NCBI GenBank assembly: GCA_000934665.2
Contig: JYFJ02001401.1
Location: 61,294-81,293, forward strand
DNA: 20,000 nucleotides
Direction of reading: 5' to 3'
Origin: Catajapyx aquilonaris
Taxonomy: Eukaryota
Both the position numbers and the translations under genes were made by a program. This document shows positions 13,426 through 20,000 of this stretch, in pieces; positions within the stretch are counted from its first letter, which is position 1; each line of letters starts with the position of its first letter. The notes beneath the pieces are model-generated. The model ran no database searches. It saw only the letters and a list, made by a program, of their open reading frames with translations, and had not been told where the DNA came from.

Positions 13426-13866
13426 GGAAACAACTTTAAACATTCTCGCAAATCCTTATTGTTTTGCACAGATTAACGTGCCATTAATCCGATGTCTGCA
13501 GCTAACAAATGAGTTGTTTCTCTCTATACACACACACACCCATTGCATAACCTGTAACACCAGTGTGGAGGAAATCATTGAATTAGTCTCTCTAGACCAG
13601 TCAGGATTGATTTTTTTCTACTTCAGCTCCAGATGTAGGTTTTCGGATTTGATAGGCCCAGAGGAAGAGTGTTGAATAGTAGTATAAAGCACAATCTAAC
13701 AGCATATTTGAGCATGTCCGAAAATCAGGTTTGATTCTTGTCGAAATGGTCGAACTGGGACAGTTGGTCCAGCCTGTAGGAAATTGGTCTTGAGCGAGAA
13801 GGCGCCAAATTCCCCCCCCCCTAGCCTCCTCCTTCCTCCACTACTCCCACCCACCCTATAGGGACA

Positions 13867-14017
13867 ATCATGGCCCACCTCGGCCTGCAATGGCTGCTAC
13901 GGTCATGGTCGCCTTCGCACGGATCCGATGAAAGTCGTCTCNATCATGGCCCACCTCGGCCTGCAATGGCTGCTACGGTCATGGTCGCCTTCGCACGGAT
14001 CCGATGAAAGTCGTCTC
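13867..14017. repeat. Exact 75-bp tandem duplication separated by one N (probable scaffolding artefact)
   Basis: 13867-13941 and 13943-14017 are identical, and the N at 13942 is the only ambiguous base in the window. Confidence 0.9.
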
Positions 14018-14901
14018 CTCAAGTCGTTGGTCCTGCTGGGGAACTGGGCCTGCTTTATAGCCCTACTTTCTCCTGGGAGAGGTGGTCGTTCCGGAACGTC
14101 TATCGTTGCCGGCTGCTATACCTACTCCCCAATCTGGACACAGGTTTTGCCGGAAAACGGCTTCAAAGGCAGGCCATCTCTAATCCTTACATGCAACCCA
14201 AAGCCTTACATTTCGGGTGAAATTAAGACATGAGCCTTCGACCAGAAGAAAAGTATACGTCGTTGTGTGGGGAGTAGTTTAGTGTAACTCGCGGATGTCG
14301 AGTGTAAGGAAACTTAGGTAGCCTTTTACTGTTAAGAGTCATTGTTGCCACTCTGTGAAGGCGGAACACGCGTACTTCTTCATGCGGTATTTGTCCCAAC
14401 ATGAAATACCATGAAATAGTTTGTTTCAACCGCTTATTTGATGATAGGCAACTAACTGGTAAATAGTTTGTGTACTTGGACCTTTGAAAATATTTGCAAT
14501 ACGTGATTCCCCAATCGTACTTTCACGATCAAGCGATTTGATTAGTTTTGTTGTCATTGCCAATTGCGTGATTTATTATGACGGTTGAAATGTAATATTT
14601 AAGCTGAAGCAACAGTAACTGCAAAAGAACTGTTTTGCACAAAATAGTCAACATTTGGAATATCGTCTACAAAACTTTTTTATTGGATGCACGACTTACT
14701 TATAGTCACTGTAGTACATTACAGTATGCGGGATGTTGAGCCTAATTTGTTTGCCAAGTGTTGACAAGAAGCAGGAACGTAGCAGGAACAGATCGAGGTT
14801 TCTGTGAGAAGTATACTTTTTTTGTCGAGTTGTTTTTACTTGAATGACAAACTACGACGTACAGTAATCATTTCGAAGTCTGATGAGTTTCTTTTGCCTA
14901 A

Positions 14902-14921
14902 AGTTTTCAGTACTGAAAACT
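14902..14921. repeat. Perfect 20-bp palindrome agttttcagt|actgaaaact
   Basis: The two 10-bp halves are exact reverse complements with no spacer. Confidence 0.9.
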
Positions 14922-15306
14922 GCCTTGTATATTTGTTCGCCCAAGTTATGAGCTCGGGTGTTTTTAAATCTTGGTCGATACACAAAGGCTCCCAGGCTAT
15001 GAAAAGCGAACTTGATTAGTTGCAATTTTTACGACCAGTTAGTATACTTGAGTATTGTCGAGCTTCTCATTTGAGAACTGGAGGATTTTTCTTAATGAGC
15101 GTCAAGCCTTACCTGAACGTTACTTTAATTAGTAGGTATAGTCGAAACACTTGATCATTAATGACCATTAAGTCTTTACGACATCGGATGTAAAATCTTT
15201 GATGGCCTTTTATGCGCACTTTAATTTGATAAATTTCAATCGCCCGAATTAATGGGGCTGAAGTGAAGGGATTTTCTTACCAGGGCTAATCTCAGCACTG
15301 ACAGTA

Positions 15307-15326
15307 TGTCTGTCTGTCTGTCTGTC
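15307..15326. repeat. (TGTC)5 microsatellite
   Basis: Read directly from the sequence. Confidence 0.9.
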
Positions 15327-15640
15327 GATGCAAAATCAAACAGGGGCGGATGCTCCGTCCTTTTGTCAACAGAACACAAAGTCGGTGACCTTGTTTCTGG
15401 CTCCCTGTATATTGACACGCCTCCCGGCGAGTGATTAATCAATCCACTGTATCAACCAGATGGGGAGGGGGTCCACGAATATTTCCATCCCAAATGAAAA
15501 CCTCAATTACGTCGGGCAAATACAGTCCTAATGAAATGGGACGGGGAAGAGAGCTAGGATGGTGGGGGGGTTGGGGAAGTCTGGAATGTAATCTATTACG
15601 CCATTTGTTACGGGAGAGTAGTTGTTACCGATTATTTACC

Positions 15641-15662
15641 CTGTCTTGCCTGCTCTTTGCAG
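15641..15662 (+). promoter_or_regulatory. 3' splice acceptor (polypyrimidine tract + CAG)
   Basis: ctgtcttgcctgctctttgcag lies immediately before the recognisable neurobeachin peptide, in phase 0. Confidence 0.9.
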
Positions 15663-15767
15663 TTGGTCGGAGGCGAGTTCGACATGGAGCTCAACTTTGT
15701 CATCCAGGACGCCCAGAACATCAAACACATGCTGGAGCTCTTGGATCACTGCCCGCCCAACCTGCAG
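15663..15767 (+). CDS. NBEA: Internal coding exon (105 bp, phase 0/0) of a neurobeachin / LRBA family BEACH-domain protein (rugose-like), N-terminal region
   Basis: Seen: the translation is [35 protein letters not shown] with no stops and GC-rich third positions. It is preceded by a pyrimidine tract and AG (ctgtcttgcctgctctttgcag) and followed by GTAAGC. Recalled, not searched: it matches the conserved neurobeachin N-terminal segment (insect rugose [17 protein letters not shown]...; vertebrate NBEA LVGGEFDLEMNFIIQ...), which normally continues AEIWS in the next exon. Confidence 0.93.
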
Positions 15768-15773
15768 GTAAGC
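15768..15773 (+). promoter_or_regulatory. 5' splice donor (CAG|GTAAGC)
   Basis: A near-consensus donor falls exactly where neurobeachin similarity ends (…PPNLQ). Confidence 0.9.
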
Positions 15774-16252
15774 TCGATGTACTGCCAGCCGACATGGATC
15801 ACATTTTGGAGAGAAAAAAATTAAATTAAACCCCGAAATATGGCTGCCCGTGTGACAAACGATACCGAGCATTAATTTGCTGTTAATTCACAACCTAGCG
15901 ATTCAAAGCTCTGCTGAAAACGAATGCATCAACCACATAATGACGCGAGATCATTAATTTTGAAACGTGCAATCAAAAATAGAGATAGACGCGCTAATAC
16001 TTTCAGGTCGAAAGCTAAACATAATTTTCTGCCAACAGTGTTACAAAAAACAGAGCTCTCTTAATCCAAAGCCGCTGCTAATATAAATGTATCGGATATT
16101 GGATATCGATATTACCATTGTTATTTCGAACTTTCTGGCTGATCCGAACACCTCCGGATAATTCGACAGTGCATCGATAGTTCACTTGATGCCACTCTTT
16201 ACATCGATATACCCAACAGGATGCGTAATGCCGTAGATAACAGGTCCCCACC

Positions 16253-16272
16253 GAGAGAGAGAGAGAGAGAGA
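16253..16272. repeat. (GA)10 microsatellite
   Basis: Read directly from the sequence. Confidence 0.9.
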
Positions 16273-16830
16273 CGAAAAAAAAGCAAATAATGGACGTGGT
16301 TGAGCAAATTGGGAGGGCGGGATGGGTATGAGGGTTAAGTACGTGAAGAGGGTCGATATCCCAACTCGTCTGCTCGTGCACGGGTTGTACGTGTTGGAGA
16401 GGCAGGACAGGGTTGGCCTATGCATACATTTCCGGCTCCGACTATAAATCGCGATAGGCCAGCCATATCCGTTCTGGGATGGAGAGAGACGAGTTCCTCT
16501 TGTGCCGGGTCGTAGGAAGATTGATTGTAAATGCAGGATCCGAGCCAGCTCAGGGAAAACGCGACGTGATTATCCCAGGACACCCTGTCGAGGGGGGTAT
16601 AGGATTTTCGCTTCAGGTGCCATCGCAGGTAATCAGCGGTGAAATTGAGATCTTGGTATGCAACGAAAGGGAGGGAGATCACGACGGGATTTTAATTAAG
16701 CTTGTCTCACCAGCTCTATGACGTCATTCGCGAATATAACCTCGCTAATAAAAGTAGTGCGACATTGTGTGAGGTCGTCTTAATATAGCACAAAAACTTG
16801 TAACACCCCCTGCGGTGAATTATTGTTGTA

Positions 16831-17024
16831 CACTGCCAATCATGGACCGTCTTGAAGGGGGTATTTTGTGATCAACAAGTACCTTGTACGAATTCTGACT
16901 TGTAGACGGTATTTGAGGTCCACGTCGGTACATTTGAACGATGGGCTGTCTACAAGTCAGTACTGTAGACTGTATTTGTTGATCACAAAGTAGCACCTCC
17001 GGAATCGGTACATGAAGTACAGCG
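16831..17024. mobile_element. MITE (non-autonomous Tc1/mariner-like element), 194 bp, ~77-bp imperfect TIRs, TA target-site duplication
   Basis: The left arm 16831-16907 (cactgccaatcatggaccg…tttgtgatcaacaa…ctgacttgtagac) is the reverse complement of the right arm 16948-17024 (gtctacaagtcag…ttgttgatcacaaa…cggtacatgaagtacagcg). It includes exact 14-bp and 13-bp blocks around a 40-bp spacer. TA flanks lie at 16829-16830 and 17025-17026, and the termini CACTG…CAGCG resemble Tc1-type CAGTG/CACTG ends. Confidence 0.8.
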
Positions 17025-20000
17025 TACGGAAGGGATAAACAATGACTTCCCCCTTGAACTGGGGACTTGGGCACAGTGTGCTAAAATTGGCAGCAACTCC
17101 ACCAGCACATGGCTGACACCATTACACTGGAAAGAACTGCTTCATTCCGCGACATTTACACACACACAGTCTGGCCGGATGGAAATATTTCCAATGCAGT
17201 TTCTGGGGCCGAATAGGGTGAAGTCAGCGTGCTAATACCGGTTGCACGGCAAATGAAGCGTCTGAAACGAGGATTATGCGTTCCAGCACTTGTGCCAGCG
17301 TCCAATCGGAATTCTGTGGAGTGGATCCCTATAAAGCCAAGCTTGAATAGAGAGCCATTCCTGGGCGAGCCCCCCTCTTGCCTAGGAGCAATTCCATTTT
17401 GACGGGGGAAGAGTGGGAGGGGGGAGGGGGGGCATGCAGAGAGAGGGGACAAACAGCGTGGGGCCATTTACAATGTGTTTTCCACGCCACATGAAACAAA
17501 CGGGTTCGTATGCCATCCGAGGACACTTCTACTGTTACTGGCCTGAAATATGTCGCGAATGGCCGGTCAGCCCTTTAGAAAGGCGCAGCAGGAGAAAGGT
17601 CGGAGGGTACATACACGGGGGGAGGCTCCTCCTTTCATCCTTTGGACTTCATTCAAGATGCAGATATCAAAGGGAATGCTTCGAGTGTACGGCACGGACC
17701 GGGAGGAACGTGCGTGTTTATAACAACCGTCTCCATTTTGCTGGTGTACGTAGCCTTGCCATATAGGAACAAGTTTGTGTATCTGCTGGCAGGAAGTTAT
17801 GGAAAATATTGTTTCAGCTTGTTTTGCTTCACTGCAATAATGTTGCGGTTTGTGATAGGACTGTATTACAATTTGTTGAAATTCGCACTTGATATGCTAC
17901 AGTATGGAAAATTGTGATCCCAATACATTGTTGGCAGAACTTCTGGTACGAGTAGAATCATTTGAAGCAGTGGAAATCGTTATTTTCAGAACATGAGTCC
18001 GGAACTTTATGTATTGGAGAGTTTGTGACGTGACGGTTCTGCGAATGATTGCTAATTCCCCTTCTAACATATCAGTACCCATTACTTTACCATTTCGTGG
18101 CACTTCACTATCACTTCGTTCGCAAAATTACTTGCAAGAGAGCTGTCATATAGGTGCTTCCCAGAAATGATGTGCAATGTTAGATTTGAATCGTGCAGAA
18201 ATATATCTAGGTGCTCTGTCACCGGCAGAATTTCAATGAAGGCAAGGAAGCTAAATAAAGCCAAGATGTAACTTCCGTTCTAGTCAATTTCTATCCGAAA
18301 AAACACTTATTCTTTTCCATCAGTTATAGTACTACCATGTTGTTTCTTGAGCATCACAACCTTAATAACGCCAAATTTATTCAGTAAATTAGCATCATGC
18401 ATGATCAGATCCTGTTTGAAAGGGTGGAAAAAAAAACTAAGCTCCATTCGGAGTTTGCAAAAACTATACTCCCTCTCCCTCTGAAAATATCTGATTTGTG
18501 CAGGCTGTGTGCAGAAAAGCGGGGAGCTTTACCTGTACCAATGCATGGTCGGGCTCCATAATTAATTCAAAAGGGCGTCCGCGCTCGATATTTCATGCGA
18601 ATCGTGATGTAGCTTCAGGGAGGCATGAACCGCATCCATACACATCACCAGTAATGGAAGGAATAGTATAGATATACACACTAGCTACTGCTGCTTCCAG
18701 CACCGCTATGCTCCTGCTGCACTAGGAAATGAGGAGATTAATGTAAGCTCCTCCCCGAGCTTGAGGAGGAGTCTTGTGTGCCCGCCGAAACTTTACTCTT
18801 GCTAATGACCTATAAATGGGACCCGGAGCCATTAATGCAAAACCCGGAGGCTCGACCCGCCCGGAGTTGTGGATCGCCCTGATTAGAAGAGATGATTTCA
18901 ATGAGGCCTATCGCTGCAGGGTCCGACCAAAGCAAGAGTGGAGAGATCCCAAACTAAACTCTATATCCCCCCTTCCCCCCCTCAAACTCTACTCTTGGAA
19001 ACAGATTGTAATAGGATTACAAGTCTGTGGGTTTTGTGTGGCACCGCCGTCATGCTTAATGGCCGTGGATTCAATTCGGGAAGTGGTCATGTGCTCGCAG
19101 GCTCTCTACATCCACCTTCCAGTAGCCCAGTCTCCCAATGGAGTAAACTAGAAAGAGGTTTCGCTATCCATCTCTATGCTTCACTCGGTTAGCTGGGGAG
19201 GTTTAACTTGTGCACTTTCCCTCGGTTTCGAATGAATCAGGCAACTTGTGCACATCAAGGACCATTATTTACGACGAGGCCAGTCCCCACAAATAACGCC
19301 CAATTTGCTCACAAGGGATGCCTGGACTAGTAAATGTTAGTTAATGGGTTAAATTAGCTCGAATACTAGTGCATGTGGATCGGTTGCCTAATTTTTAACT
19401 GAAACCCAGTACGGTTTCCGTTATACAGTCACTCTTGTATAGCGTCGGCTTGAAGTGGCTGCCTTTGAGATCGAGTTGCTTTTTAATGACGTAGATGCAC
19501 TTGAAACTTGGGTTGCAGAAAGTTCCTGCAGAAATGAATGAGGTTGCCTTGCAATTTGTACGGGACCAACCTTTCTCCGTCACTTTGATGCCTTGGAGGA
19601 ATTCATCACCAGGAAAATCAGCTAGCGGAACTGGGAATAATTCGAGTGGAAGAGTCGTTTCTGATGTTAGCGTAAATTTAGCATTGTCATGGGATCAAAA
19701 TATTACTGAACTATTTTACACCTCATTTCTACATTTTTATTGCCCTCTCGTATACAGTATACATATACATGTGAGCTATTTAAATTTTGCGTGTATATCT
19801 CAGGACATGGTGGTTGACCAGGTGACACTTGCTTGTTGCATACCCTTGTACTACGTCACTCATCTTGCTTCTCTCTAGGGGAGTTTGGCGGTCTGGAACC
19901 TCCTGTGACCTGAGCGGCTGGGTACATACACAAAACCAAAGACAGTGGGTTCAGTTTAAGTCAGACAGTTTATTCCGTTCAAAATGTCACCAAGTGATAT

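Larger units (their letters stand above)
1..15662 (+). other. Large intron of the neurobeachin-like gene (upstream of the exon, 5' end outside the window)
   Basis: Inference: the exon has no start codon and is internal, and no preceding neurobeachin exon was recognised in 1-15662. The sequence is non-coding-like, with homopolymers and repeat debris. Small unrecognised exons cannot be excluded. Confidence 0.7.
15768..20000 (+). other. Intron of the neurobeachin-like gene (downstream of the exon, 3' end outside the window)
   Basis: It starts with a GT donor. The expected next exon (AEIWS…) was not found before 20000. Confidence 0.75.

Noticed and set aside
4206..14017. Direct repeats considered as a CRISPR-like array
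   Set aside because: They are unrelated two-copy adjacent duplications with no spacers, in a eukaryotic intron with no cas genes.
14880..14925. CTGATGA…GAAA resembling a hammerhead ribozyme core
   Set aside because: No proper stems I, II or III or cleavage triplet could be built, and the GAAA is part of the palindrome.
15431..15872. ORFs 15431..15829(+) and 15636..15872(-)
   Set aside because: They are wrong-frame or antisense read-throughs of the real neurobeachin exon.
3724..19375. About ten TGCATG (Rbfox-type) motifs on the + strand
   Set aside because: About seven were counted on the opposite strand and none lies close to the exon, so there is no convincing enrichment.
195..19878. The remaining short ORFs of 60-167 aa
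   Set aside because: Most begin at non-ATG codons, overlap on both strands and run through homopolymers. None resembles a known protein, as expected for intronic noise.

Overview
This is eukaryotic (animal, most likely insect/arthropod) genomic DNA. It is almost entirely intronic sequence of a large neurobeachin/LRBA-family gene (Drosophila rugose-like) on the + strand. The only convincing coding sequence is one 105-bp internal exon (15663-15767, [35 protein letters not shown]) with canonical AG/GT splice sites. The supplied ORF track misses it because it reads this stretch in other frames. The flanking introns (at least 15.6 kb upstream and 4.2 kb downstream, as no other exon was recognised) hold a 194-bp Tc1/mariner-like MITE with ~77-bp inverted repeats and TA flanks. 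They also hold possible decayed LINE and tRNA-SINE fragments, short tandem duplications, microsatellites, G/C tracts and a perfect 20-bp palindrome. A 75-bp exact duplication around a single N is most likely an assembly artefact. I found no evidence of a novel multi-gene system, CRISPR array or prokaryotic features.
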